From positions 1,612,001 through 1,676,000 of the forward strand of contig CATNEN010000030.1 of NCBI GenBank assembly GCA_950097015.1: a stretch of 64,000 nt of DNA, written 5' to 3'. The position numbers and the translations under genes are program-made. The DNA comes from Macrostomum hystrix (lineage: Eukaryota; Animalia; Platyhelminthes). Every line of letters starts with the position of its first letter. Positions within the stretch are counted from its first letter, which is position 1. Below are positions 26,901 through 40,759 of the stretch, in pieces. Below the pieces are notes generated by a model. That model ran no database searches. It was not told the DNA's origin and saw only the letters and a program-made list of their open reading frames with translations.

Positions 26901-27733
26901 ATGTATGCGTCGGGCCTCAGCAGCACGTGCTCAGTGGGAGATTTCACCTGGACGGGAGGGGAAGATTGGGAAAATGATACTAGAATGGGATGAAGAAGAT
27001 TGGGAAGAGAGAATATGGGATGAGGAAGATTGGGAAGAGACGGAGAATATGGGATGGGGAGATTGGGAAGAGACGGAGAATATGGGATGGGGAGATTGGG
27101 AAGAGACGGAGAATATGGGATGGGGAGATTGGGAAGAGACGGAGAATATGGGATGGGGAGATTGGGAAGAGACGGAGAATATGGGATGGGGAGATTGGGA
27201 AGAGAGAATATGGGAAGAGGAAGATTGGGAAGAGACTGAGAGAAGGGGATGGGGAAGACTGGGGAGAGACAGAGAAAGGGGGATGGGGAAGACTGGGAAG
27301 AGAATGTGAGATGGGGAAGATTGGAAAGGGAGGAAAATGGTAGGGGAAGATTTAGGCAGCTATATCTGTTACCTGATAGACTAGCTCCAACGGCCTGTGT
27401 CGACCAGGTCCATTGCCACCTGTACTTAGACCACCACTTGCAGCAGCTGCCCTGGCATAACCAGCCGCCTGTTGATTGAGTCCAAATGGCACAACAGCCC
27501 GACGGTCAAATCCCAATGATCTGCTGGGAAAAATAAAAACAAGCCATATATTTCATCTAAAAACTAACTTCTGCTGCCAATATTAATCCAAAATTTTGAC
27601 ATTCCAATGACATCCTAATAACAATTGGGATTAAATTCTACCTGACTTGAAAGCCTGGACACCGGAAACATTGGCAAAGCATTCCATTAGCAAGCAGTGA
27701 GTTCAGTTCAGCTTGAAGCTGACTAAATAGCAT
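17945..27733 (-). CDS. TOP2: DNA topoisomerase II (type IIA), divergent paralog, ~10 exons, ~1298 aa
   Basis: Exons 27733-27642, 27523-27373, 26947-26429, 25280-24642 (3' end uncertain), 24520-24236, 23609-23104, 22726-22235, 21617-21114, 19268-18719, 18103-17945. Motifs EHVLLRPDAYIGS, DEILVNAADN, GGRNGFGAKLCN, NPSFESQAK, LTEGDSA, LRGKVLN, DQDTDGTHI, DGLKPSQRK, ASRYIYT (catalytic Tyr), LVNGAEGIGTGW. The first two exons are less certain. Confidence 0.92.
18170..18642. repeat. ~30-bp two-variant minisatellite (CCAGCCTCCAATCCTT core), TOP2 last intron
   Basis: Seen directly. Confidence 0.9.
19380..21070. repeat. 20-bp minisatellite (TGAGGATCAGTGAGTGGAAC), ~84 copies, TOP2 intron
   Basis: Seen directly. 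Confidence 0.97.
21665..22197. repeat. ~20-bp minisatellite (ACTGACTGACAGACTCTCAT) with a 60-bp higher-order block, TOP2 intron
   Basis: Lines 21961, 22021 and 22081 are identical 60-mers. Confidence 0.92.
22870..23090. repeat. 13-bp repeat (CACAGGCAGGGGA), TOP2 intron
   Basis: Seen directly. Confidence 0.95.
23665..24207. repeat. 16-bp repeat (AAACTGCACATTCCCT), TOP2 intron
   Basis: Seen directly. Confidence 0.95.
25395..26336. repeat. 33/34-bp minisatellite (ACCATAAACTCTCACCCCGTTGAGTTGGTCGGAG), TOP2 intron
   Basis: Seen directly. Confidence 0.95.
26955..27350. repeat. 33-bp purine-rich repeat (GATTGGGAAGAGACGGAGAATATGGGATGGGGA), TOP2 intron 2
   Basis: Seen directly. Confidence 0.9.
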
Positions 27734-28078
27734 GCAGATGCTATTCTAAGCAAAAGACATTCTGAAATATAAACAAAGAAAATCAGAAAAACTGTATTTT
27801 TATTCTTTTAAATATTAATAGGGCTGGAAGTTTTATAACCAGCAGCAGTAAAAATTTATATGATATTAAAAATAACATAAAACCTGTTATTTACCTTTTT
27901 GGAGTGAAGGCAAGAAAATGATTTTAAATAATATATAATAGTATCCAGTAAAAGTTCTATATTATACCCAGGCTTTAGCCAGGAAAAAATAAACATCATA
28001 TGGAATATATACTTTTAGGAATCATCGAATTTGTTGTTTTAACTACATAGGTACTGAATTTTTACTAATTGAGCAATA

Positions 28079-28359
28079 CATACATGCGCAACACCCGGCC
28101 GACCCGGCCGAACCGGCCGGGTGAAACGAGGGCCAAGCAAGGTAAGTCGCAAAAACCAATTGACCAAGCGCAAAAAAATCAAAGGGGGGACCAAGGGACA
28201 AAAAAGGAAGGCGTGAAGAAAAGGAAAAAGGGGAGAGAAAAAGAGAGCAAATGAGAGCAAACTAAGTCGTAAATAGAGCAATGAAATGAACTAAGTCGCA
28301 AATGAGAGCAAAAACTAAGTCGCACGGCCGGCTAAGATTTGGGAGGTTGCGCATGTATG
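28079..28359. mobile_element. MITE-like element with 14-bp TIRs and a 6-bp flanking direct repeat
   Basis: CATACATGCGCAAC (28079-92) and GTTGCGCATGTATG (28346-59); GCAATA at 28073-78 and 28360-65. Confidence 0.6.
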
Positions 28360-28578
28360 GCAATATAAATTAAAAAATTGTTACTCATAAAATAAACTTA
28401 ATTCTTATGCTTTGCTTAAAACACATATAAAAGTTAGAGATTAAAAAAAATTGGTACAAATCAATTTTAGTAAAAATGTATATCTAAGAAAACATTTTAA
28501 TATCTTAACATAGATAATTTGACAATAGGCATAGTAGGGAAAGGCATGTTCAGGAAAAAAATAAATGGTATAAAAATT

Positions 28579-30433
28579 GGCATAAATTTACTTTCATTCG
28601 CGAAATTATTTTCTTTTTTAAAATGGTGCCAATGATGTGGAATGACGAATGGAAGTTGTCTATGGCCCATAGTAGCCACATAGAGTTGTTTTGGGCACAA
28701 AAATTTGGCTGATTTTTAATGAGCCCTCACTATAGTTTGGATTTTTGAGACTCTTCTGATTTGCAAATGGCTGGATGGCCCCCAAGACCATCATGGATTG
28801 TGCCACTGAATGAAGTTCTGCCAGCACAGGCACTGACGGAACTAAATATGAATACAAGGGATCTGATGGCAGTGACGGCAAGTACTGACAAGACTATGTG
28901 GTGGCTCGCTTGTCATGGACTATTGGCCAACCAATGGACATGCCCATGTGCCGCGCATACACCGATGAATCTGCAGCACCACAATATAGAGCGATTCATT
29001 GATGGCTACGCCTGGGACTGTAAAACCTGTCGACACCAGAAGAGCATACCCAAGGGCTCCTTTTTTGAGGCTAGCCATCTGGACCTACAGCAGCTGATCA
29101 CCCTGTTGCAATCCTGGGCCAAAAACAAGTCCATGTCAACCGTCATGCACGAGTGTTGCATCAGTAGCCGCACTGCCATCAACTGGCTCAACTTTGTTCG
29201 CAAGGCCTACGTCTGTTGCCAGTACTTTGTGGATCAACCAATGCAGCTGGGTGGCCCTGGTCATGTGGTCGAGATTGACGAAAGTCGGTTCTTCCACTGC
29301 AAGTATCACCAGGGAGCCTACCATGATGGTCACTGGGTGCTTGGAATGGTGGAATGAGGCTCGCCCAAGTGCGTCATGGTGGTCATACTGGACAGGTCCG
29401 CTGCTACTGCTGCCCATCATCCAGTAGTACGTCCTACCCAGCATGCGGATCCTGACAGACGGCTGACAGGCATATATTCAAGTGGCGAATGCTGTTGGTG
29501 GTCATGGTAACCATGGTGTTGTGAATCATAGGCTCCACTTTGTGGACCCCAATGACCCCACGCTGCACACAAACACGATTGAAGGGATGTGGGGCAACTG
29601 CAAAGCGAAATTCCGGGCCATGCATAGCACTAGCAATGCCGTCTTTGAATCACACATCCAAGAGTATCTATGGCGTTGCCTTCACCTGGGCCATAGTCCG
29701 GATCATGCTGGTTACGGCGGAAATTTCCGGCATAAATGTTGCTGGTAAATATGTTGGTCGGCGTAAGGTTGGCGTAACTTTTGACCAAAAAAATCTGGTG
29801 GCGTAAGTGGTGGGCATAACCACGATCACCACGATCGTGAATCACGATCATATGTATCACTATAGAACATAACACATTTGCGTTAATTATGATGTTTGCG
29901 TTAATTAGGAGCAGCATTAAAACAAAGTTCATTAAAATATTGCAGTTCGTATAAATGAGATAGCAGAATATCTATTGTAGGATAGCAAAAGTTTTTTTAG
30001 CTTTAAGATGCTTACTTTGATACTTGATTCAGAATTTGCAACTTGTGAGATTTTTAAACAGTTGCAACTTCTGAATTTAATTAATCACTGATTAACATGA
30101 TTTGTGAAGGACCTTTTTTTGGGTGGCATAAGTCAGAGGGACCTTTTTTGGTTGGCGTAAGTCTGGCGTAAGTGCCAAAAATGTTGGATTTTTTCTCCGG
30201 CGTAAGTCCAGCATGATCCGGACTATGGCACCTGGGGCCTGCCAAGGCTTTTGGCAGCATTCTGTACTGGATATGTCATTATTAGGCTACCCAGTTTAGG
30301 AATCTGAGACAGTCAGGACTGCATTGTACTGAACTGAGCAATGCTCAGTGTTATTTTAAAATGTTTCCTAACAGTTGTGTTACCAGTTACCAGAAGAAGA
30401 AAATAATTTCGCAAATAAAAGTAAATTTATGCC
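28579..30433 (+). mobile_element. Merlin (IS1595/ISXO2-like) DNA transposon, complete but defective
   Basis: 36-bp TIRs (GGCATAAATTTACTTT..., 2 mismatches) at 28579-28614 and 30398-30433; 8-bp TSD TAAAAATT at 28571-78 and 30434-41; internal transposase remnant. Confidence 0.9.
28848..29700 (+). pseudogene. Merlin DDE transposase with a premature stop and frameshifts
   Basis: Zn-ribbon Cys pairs, [31 protein letters not shown] then TGA at 29355-57; later frames give ILTDG and VNHRLHFVDP..HTNTIEGMW. Confidence 0.85.
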
Positions 30434-32148
30434 TAAAAATTTGCTAAATGGTTTCTGACTTCATTAATTGAGAATTTTAAACATGTTGTACAGTCACTTG
30501 ATTTGGAGCATAGCAATTAGCAACAAGTACAACAAATACAACGAAAATACTTTAAGACTTGCCATAAAATGTATACAATAATGTAAACCCTAAATCCCAA
30601 ACTAAAGGCTGAGTATGTATGCCTATACAGAACTTAACAATGGGGGCCTAAGAAAGTCATCACAGATGTAAAGACAGGTACACTGGGAATTGAAGGATGC
30701 ATGCCTTCCCAAGGAATTTCAGTACATCTATACACAAGAGTACACAAGAGTATGTGTACCCAAAACTGAGTACCATGTACACTCGAACACATCAAAACAG
30801 CCACATAAGCAAACAACCAAAATCAAAATAGTGAACATAACAGCCACACAAGAATTGACAACTATTATAACCATAGATTATAACAAAATAGCTCTAGATT
30901 ATAACGAAAGGATCACATATCGTTTTATCTTTTCTTAAAACGAACAAAATTTTTTGTAAGGGCTAAAAATTACTAAAAAGCCTGGTTGCAAAAGTGAGAC
31001 CTAAAGCGTAAATAAGCCTGGCTTAAAAAACAACCGGTAGTAACCGGCTAAACAATGAAATTTTTCTGTTTTTATTATATTTAGATAAAAAAATGAATAG
31101 AATTAGAAGAGCATTTTATCACTGCAAGGTTTTTTTTCTATTCTATGCAGCCGTGACACAATTTATAAGAAACATTTTATTTTATTTTTCAAAAAAAGCA
31201 AGATACTAACTTTAAAATAACTTGAGTCACACAATAATAACTACAAAATTTTTTTTTGTAATTACTAAGAAAAATTATGCACATTTGATCGACGATGCTT
31301 AGTACTTTATGTTTTTTAGCGTTATTGTCTATAATTGGTAACAAATTTTGTTATACGGCTTAAACATTAAAACTCTTCGGATTGCTTCTATTTTTGGCAT
31401 GAGCAAATACTGAAAATTTGACTTACATAATTAACTCACATGGTTTAATGACGTATTCCGCGCTGCACGTAGCGTGACGTGGGATTTAACTAAGGCCTAA
31501 AGGTTTGCTTCACTTTTTACAAACAAGGTACACTATAATTATATACGTGCTAACTTTTGTAAAAATTTAAATGTTTATTCACAAGGTTTTCATATCGACT
31601 TTACAAGCTGTAGATTTTCACTCGTGGCACTTGCGCCTCGTTTTTATTTGGTAATAAGATACAATTTTATAATACTTCGTTTTCGCATTTAGGGATTAAA
31701 CTATGTAATCATGTAATTTCATATTTTTGTATAACCGCTACCAAAAAATTCTAGAAATAAGTTACTTGTGTGTAGTTTTTACGAGTATATGTAATACGCT
31801 GCGCCGGGCATGTACAGCAAACGAATAGGCAAATAATGACTTAAAGAGTACATAAAAGTTTAAAAAAAATTGAATCCTTAAACATGTTTAGAACACAGTC
31901 CTGTGTGTTTTTTGTATGTAAAGAGAAAAATTGCATGAAAAGAAAATCATTACAATTGCAAATCAATAGTTCATTACTTTAGAGTTTAAACAAGTGTCAT
32001 ACATGCAGGTATGCCACGAGTATGTAAATACCAGCATAAAGCATAAAGTAACTGTCAGCGAACATGTTAAATCCATACAGCAATCACAAAATTATCGGCA
32101 GACGCACACTTTCCCTTCCGTTAATATGGCATAGTCATAAGGCGTCGA

Positions 32149-33751
<1,603 letters not shown>

Positions 33752-34935
33752 AGATTTGGACTTCTCATTGAGAGGTTCAGACGGGACTGAAAAGCTGCAA
33801 TTTCTATCTAAATCTAATCCTTAAGCCCCTTATTTACACCTGCTCAGTCCTACACGGCATCTCCACTAAAACTAATGCAACTTAATCTTGACAATTCTTA
33901 AAAGCTCTCACTAATGCTAATTATAAGGGGACAAATTCCCAAAGCTGGTTCGCCTTTCTTAAACGAGGGATTTCAAAAGAATCTTATGGTGGTCCCTTCG
34001 GCTGCTCAGAGGAGATTGTCAGTGAGAATATTAAGATGGAAAATCCCAAATAGGCAGCTTACCTCTGGCTGATCCTGCGGTTTATCCCTTATTGGGAGGT
34101 CTGCGATCTCCGGGCAGTCTTAGAAAGGATTATTAATCGGTAAAATCGGACGAATTTACCGAGCCAAGCAAAACGGGATGAGCGGCGGCCCGTTGCTGGG
34201 ATCCAATAGGCACCACATTCCGCCTACAGCCAATGGGACTGCGGCCCGCTGTTGCCTTCCCCGCAGCGGGGGGATTCCAACGGGTGCTCAGAATTTTTCT
34301 GTCCTGTGTCTCTCAGCGCAAGCTGTTGCCGCGGCCCTCCTGGCTCCCTACCTAAACAATTTGGGGACAATCTAAACAATCTGCAGACAATCCAGTCCCC
34401 ACAAAGACACAGGGGCAAATGAAAATCTACTCATTATTGTTCCCCGCATGAGCAGCATGGCTTATCCGAACGCCCACCCCCCCCTACTAGCCTTGCGACC
34501 CTGCTCGCAAACACCAATTTAAATATTTCTTTTCTAAAAATCTTTTTTTCGCAGAGGAAAAAATCCTCAGACTAGTCGCTGCGTCACACTCGGCCTGCAT
34601 GCAGTATTTCTATATGGGCGCAGAATGGCAATCTGTTGCCACCTATACTGCGGTGGAACCCGCAGCAGATGCAGCTTTGACTCCTCAATGAAAAATTATG
34701 AATCGTGAATCCCTGCCCTCAGCTATAGCGTGCTAGCTGAGATACAGGAGCGTGTAACAGCTCGATCTGACAAGTCCATTATTTCTTTAGCATTGTAAAT
34801 AATGAGGCAATTTTTTATAAAACGAACGACCTAACCAGATGACAGTGTAGAGCAGTATTTGCTCTTCTATAAACAGTGACGTAGTCAATTATCAAAAATG
34901 AACTGTTCGATAAAAATACTGTTCGAGACGTTTTA

Positions 34936-35785
34936 GACGGGACACCAACTCTTAGAAACCTGATAGACGGGACACCAACTCTTAGAAACCTGATAGACGG
35001 GACACCAACTCTTAGAAACCTGATAGACGGGACACCAACTCTTAGAAACCTGATAGACGGGACACCAACTCTTAGAAACCTGATAGACGGGACAACACCT
35101 GTTGGAAAGCTGTTAGATTTGACAACACCTGTTGGAAAGCTGTTAGATTTGACAACACCTGTTGGAAAGCTGTTAGATTTGACAACACCTGTTGGAAAGC
35201 TGTTAGATCTGACAAAACCTGCTGGAAAGCTGTTAGATTTGACAACACCTGTTGGAAAGCTGTTAGATTTGACAACACCTGTTGGAAAGCTGTTAGATCT
35301 GACAACACCTGTTGGAAACTGTAAGATTTGACAACACCTGTTGGAAACTGTAAGATTTGACAACACCTGTTGGAAAGCTGTTAGATTTGACAACACCTGT
35401 TGGAAACTGTTAGATTTGACAACACCTGTTGGAAACTGTTAGATTTGACAACACCTGTTGGAAAGCTGTTAGATCTGACAACACCTGTTGGAAAGCTGTT
35501 AGATTTGACAACACCTGTTGGAAAACTGTTAGATCTGACAACACCTGTTGGAAAGCTGTTAGATTTGACAACACCTGTTGGAAAGCTGTTAGATCTGACA
35601 ACACCTGTTGGAAAGCTGTTAGATTTGACAACACCTGTTGGAAAGCTGTTAGATCTGACAACACCTGTTGGAAAGCTGTTAGATTTGACAACACCTGTTG
35701 GAAAGCTGTTAGATTTGACAACACCTGTTGGAAACTGTAAGATTTGACAACACCTGTTGGAAACTGTAAGATTTGACAACACCCG
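34936..35785. repeat. Compound 30-bp minisatellite (two related unit types) upstream of Otx
   Basis: GACACCAACTCTTAGAAACCTGATAGACGG x~5, then GACAACACCTGTTGGAAAGCTGTTAGATTT x~23. Confidence 0.95.
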
Positions 35786-36299
35786 ATAGGCAACACATGA
35801 GGGGGCAGACCAGCCATGGCAGTAACTGGAGCAGGCTGATTAAGCGCTTACAAGATTTGAAAAGATTCTAGCTACTATTTATTAGAAAGCTTGTCATAGA
35901 AAATCTCGAACATGTCTTTCAAAACAGCATTGCAAAAAGCAGGAAAGTTTGCAATGCTGATTGCATCAATGAATTAGCTGTGTGTATAACGCGGGTGCAA
36001 GTTGCAAGGAATTTAAGTTTAAAAACTAATAGGTTTCTTACACTGAAACCCAGGTCTTGCTATCGCCACAGATATGATCTTATGCACCACTGCTGTTCTG
36101 CCACTGCTGCTGCTGTTGATTGACAGTCTGATTTTGTCGTCAGCCGGTCTGGGGACCTTCAACTTCTCCGATTACCAACCGGAGCCGCATGAGGCAAATT
36201 CGGCCCCTCTATAGCAGCTTTGAAGTTCGCTGGCGCTCGGTGTCCGATGGCTCAGGACTGGAGCGGTCGACTAGTAGCTTGTTTGTGGATGACGATACT

Positions 36300-37050
36300 C
36301 ATTCTGTTCTATTCTATTCTCTTCTCTTCTGTTCTATTCTATTCTATTCTATTCGATTACATTCTATTCCATTCTATTCCATTCTACACTATTCTATTCT
36401 ATTCTATTCTATTCTATTCCATTCTATTCTATTACATTATATTCTATTCTATTCTATTCTATTCTATTCCATTACATTCTATTCCATTCTATTCCATTCT
36501 ACACTATTCTATTCTATTCTATTCTATTCTATTCTATTCTATTCTATTCTATTCTATTCTATTCCATTCTATTCTATTCTATTCTATTCTATTCCATTCT
36601 ATTCTATTACATTATATTCTATTCTATTCCATTCTATTCTATTACATTCTATTCTATTACATTCTATTCTATTCTATTCTATTCAATTCCATTCTATTCT
36701 ATTACATTATATTCTATTCTATTCCATTCTATTCTATTACATTCTATTCTATTCTATTCTATTCCATTCTATTCTATTCTATTCCATTCTATTCTATTCC
36801 ATTCTATTCTTTTGCATTCTATTCTATTACATTCTATTCCATTCTATTCTATTCTATTCTATTCTATTCCATTCTATTCTATTACATTATATTCTATTCT
36901 ATTCCATTCTATTCTATTACATTCTATTCTATTACATTCTATTCTATTCTATTCCATTCTATTCTATTACATTCTATTCTATTACATTCTATTCTATTCT
37001 ATTCCATTCTATTCTATTCTATTACATTCTATTCTATTCCATTCTATTCT
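36300..37050. repeat. (ATTCT)n pentanucleotide array with ATTCC/ATTAC/ATTAT variants
   Basis: Seen directly. Confidence 0.97.
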
Positions 37051-37138
37051 GTTTTTGTTACCTGCAATGATTCCCTTGTGCAGGTCGGCCAATATCAGGG
37101 GTGGATAGCTCAGTCAGTAAGGTGTCGGACTCTGGATC

Positions 37139-40100
37139 TTGACTTAGCTGCAGGGGGCATCTTCCGGATGCAGCGGGGAGGCGTTGCCGCCCATTCCGCT
37201 AGCCCCTGGCGACCACGGGCAACTAGAGCTGCGGTGTCGCGCAGGGGGATCCGGTGGTGCCGGCGTCCGCAGCGCGGTCCTCCTCCGGAGTGTCCAGGAG
37301 GTGGAGGGTTGCTCGCCCGGTGGCCCTCAGGTATCGGACGAGCTGGCAGATGTTCTCAGGCCTGAAAACGTCGGGGAGATCCGGGTTTGGGCCGAGATAG
37401 GTGAGCCGGTCCTGAGTGAAGGCGGGGCAGTCGCAAATAAAATGCTCTGCATCCTCAACATAGGAGAGGCAGAAGGGGCATTCCTCACTGCGGATTTTGC
37501 CTTGCAGGAAGCGGTGCCTGGCGAAACAGCCATGGCCAGAGAGGGCCATGGTGACTGCCCTGATGTCCTTGCGGTTCAGTCCAAGCAAGGCTTTGCGAAG
37601 GGCAGTGGAGGGACAAGGGACAGCAGCGCGAGACTGCCGACAATCGGCGGTGTTGATCCATCTGTCCTTGTGCTTTGAGGTCACCCACTGGTTAATCCGA
37701 GTGTTGACGACGGCGGTAGGGGTGGAGACCGCAGGCACGGGGCCAAAAAGCGAGCCCGTCGAACCGGCCTTGGCGAGGCTGTCGGCCAATTCGTTACCAG
37801 GGTGGCCAGAGTGCCCTGGAATCCACCTTAGGGACACCTTGTTGTGGGTCCCTAAGCGGTTGAGTTGCGCGACGCAGTCGAGGACTGTGCGCGAGCAGGT
37901 GTGCGTGCGTCCAAGGGCATGGATCGCCGCCTGGCTGTCCGAGTGGAGGAAGATTTCCGCTCCATGGACGTTTTGGTTGATCAGCTCCAGGGCGCAGGAG
38001 CTGATGGCGAGAACTTCGTTCTGGAAGACGGTAGAGTTTATGCCGGTGTGCTGGGAGAAGGTCGCCAAAGTTTTCCCTCCGGACATAATGCAGTAGCCGA
38101 AACCAGAGATCGAGTTGATTTGCGATCCGTCGGTGAAGCAGTGAATTTCACGGGGTTGGCCGTGGTCACGTACTTCCTGTCGAGGCGGAATGCTGGTTTT
38201 GAATTTTTGCGGTGGGCACAGCGTCGACGGGATTCCGTCGGAGAGAATTTTGAGACCTCCTGCTGCGTCCAGGTCCCGTAGGCTGAGGTCGCCATGGGGC
38301 TGGAGGTTCCGCTTGCTGAAGGCAAGTTGCTTCCGGATGGAGATACCCGCGTCCAGAAGACGACGAGCCGTCTTCATCGCCTCCCCCTTGATAAAAAGAT
38401 CTAAAGGGGGAAGGTCCAGGAAGGCATTCATGCCAGCGAAGGGAGTGGAGGGTGCCGCACTCATGATGGCTCGACAAGCACGGCCCTGCACCTTGTTTAG
38501 GGCCTCCAGGACCCCTTTGGTCTCCAGGGCACTATTCCAAATGAAGCCGGCAAAAGAGATGGCCGGTCTTACAATGGTAGTGTAAATCCACCAGAGACGG
38601 CGGGGGGTGAGGCCCCAGGTGGCGCCGAAGGCTCTGCGAATCTGCGCGAGCGTCGCAAGAGCTTTACGGGTTTTGAATTTGACGTGAGGTGTCCAGCTCA
38701 ACCTGTGGTCGAGGATGACACCTAAGCATCTGGTTTGCTTCTCCATGGCGATTGGTTTGTCATAGAGAAGGAGAGGCTCAATCCTCCAGTTTCGTTTGCT
38801 GGTGAACATAATGGCGACGGTCTTGGACTCAGAGAGTTTGAGGCCGCAGCCATTGGCCCAGCGTTCGGCACGGTGGATGAAAGCTTGCAGAAGGTCTCTA
38901 AGGACCGGGGGAGACGGTCCGGCCACGGTGGCGGTGACGTCGTCAGCATAGCCGATTTTTTGGACCGGGTCCGGGTCAGGGCTGCAGAGCAGTTCGTCCA
39001 TGACAAGGTTCCAAAGGATCGGACTGAGAACGCCACCCTGCGGGCCTCCCTTCTGGACATTCACAGAACGGGAGTGTCCAAGCAGGTGCGAGGTGGCAGT
39101 TCGGTGAGAGATCATATACATGATCCAGCGGGTGAGGTGCTCGTGCGTAGCCCGGCGTTCCAGGGCTCGCCTAAAGGCTCCGAAGAGCACATTGTCGAAG
39201 GCACCATCAATGTCGAGGAAAAGCGAGAGAGCAAAACCGGTGCCAAGCACGGCGCGCTCCAGCTTGTCGACGATGGCATGCAGAGCACTTTCGATGGAAC
39301 GTCCGGATCGAAAGGCGTGCTGGTTGGCGGAGAGCGGGGAGTTCCTCAGCTCAACGTGAAGGAGGCGCCAAAGAACAAGCCTTTCAAGCAGCTTAAGAAA
39401 GAAAGATGTTAAGCTGATGGGGCGGAAGGCTTTGGCGGAGTGGTAGTCTCCCTTCCCAGGTTTGGGGATGAAGACGATAGTGGCTTCCTGCCAAGACCTG
39501 GGTACGTACCCGAGGGTGATACAGGCCTTGAACAGGTTGCAAAGGAGGCCGAGGAACCTGTCATTTTTTACCGCTTCATGTAGGAAGGCGGGGTAAATGT
39601 TGTCAGGTCCAGGCGACTTAAAAGGCGAGAAGGAGTTAGCAGCGCGAGCTGTCCGTTCTCTAGTGATAATAGTTGTCGCAAGGATGTGCCCACCCGGAGT
39701 GTGGTCCGGCGGGTCCTGAAGCGGCGCAGTCTGGGGGAAGGCGCTGGCGAGCATGATGTCCAGCGATTCGCCAGGATTCTCAGCAAGCCGGCCGTCCGGT
39801 CTTTTGATCACTGAGAGCTTCGACATTTTGTCAAGAGTGAGCGCTTTTACAACGCGAGAAGTTGGGCGGGCGCCCTCCAGCTCGGAGCAGTATTGGCGCC
39901 ACTTTTCGGACTTCGCTTTCCTGGTGTCACGCTTAAAGTCACGAATCGCATTCTGGTAGGCGGTCAGGTCAGCTGGGTCCAATTGCTTTTTCGCGCAATC
40001 CGCTGGAGGGATTTGGCCTTTCGCCGGAGGGTTCCAAGCGCTGGGTTCCACCAGGGAGCGGATTTTTTGCCTTTGTAGGCTTTAAGAGGGCAAGAGGTTT

Positions 40101-40759
40101 CATGAGCTGTCAAGATGGTCATGCTGAGTAGATCAGCCAGATCGTCCACTTCTTGACAGGTGGCAGGAACAACGGATTCTAACTGGTTGGTCTGGCGCTT
40201 CACGGATTCCGCAAAGGCCGTCCAGTCAGTATTCCGGGCGTTCCTTTTCCACAGAATACCAGGCTTGGAGTAGGAGCTTAGCAACCGGAAACGAATGAAG
40301 CGATGGTCAGACAGAGATTCCTCTTCGTCCCACACCTGCCAGTTCCTAATCAGAGGGATCAGGCCCTGAGAGGCGAGGGTGGCGTCAAGGACCTCCGTCC
40401 ATCGTCCATTGTCAAAGGTGGGTGTGCCACCCGAGTTGCAGAACTCAATATTGGTGGTGCAGATGTAGGCAAGGAGATCCTCGCCTCTGCAGTTGGAGGT
40501 AACACTGCCCCAGTGGGTGTGGTGGGCATTTATGTCGCCTGCCACCAGCAGCTCAAAGTCGCGGTCTGAGCAGTAGTCCACGAGGGAAGTGAGACTGGGC
40601 GGAACCGCAGGACCGTCGCCAGGAATGTATATAGAGGCGATGATGACGGTGCGGTTCGGGAGAATGTGGTTGGTTTGGATGACACAGAGGTCTTTGTCAG
40701 AGAGGTCTGGTCTATACCAAGCTTTTAGATCGGTAGTCGCGAACACAGCAGCCCTGGGG
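37139..40759 (-). mobile_element. 5'-truncated non-LTR retrotransposon (APE-RT-RNase H-CCHC; R1/LOA-like, I group)
   Basis: ORF 40746-39964 is the APE domain (GDINAHH, LDATLAS, SDHRFI). ORF 40051-37223 is RT ([34 protein letters not shown]), RNase H (FTDGS, SDSQAA, WIPGH..GNELAD) and CPFC..HFICDC. The two are joined by a 1-nt frameshift at the T5 run 39987-91. No ORF1. Clade assignment is inference. Confidence 0.93.
37223..40746 (-). CDS. LINE pol polyprotein (endonuclease, reverse transcriptase, RNase H), one frameshift
   Basis: Motifs as above; frames overlap at 39964-40051. Confidence 0.88.

Noticed and set aside
36120-36295. Possible 5' exon of the CUB pseudogene (GPSTSP..)
   Set aside because: Similarity to exon 5 is only a few residues, and splice phases are unsupported
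36189-37365. Long hydrophobic ILFYS-rich ORFs resembling membrane proteins
   Set aside because: Translation of (ATTCT)n
37184-40569. Plus-strand ORFs over the LINE
   Set aside because: Antisense shadows of the GC-rich pol frame
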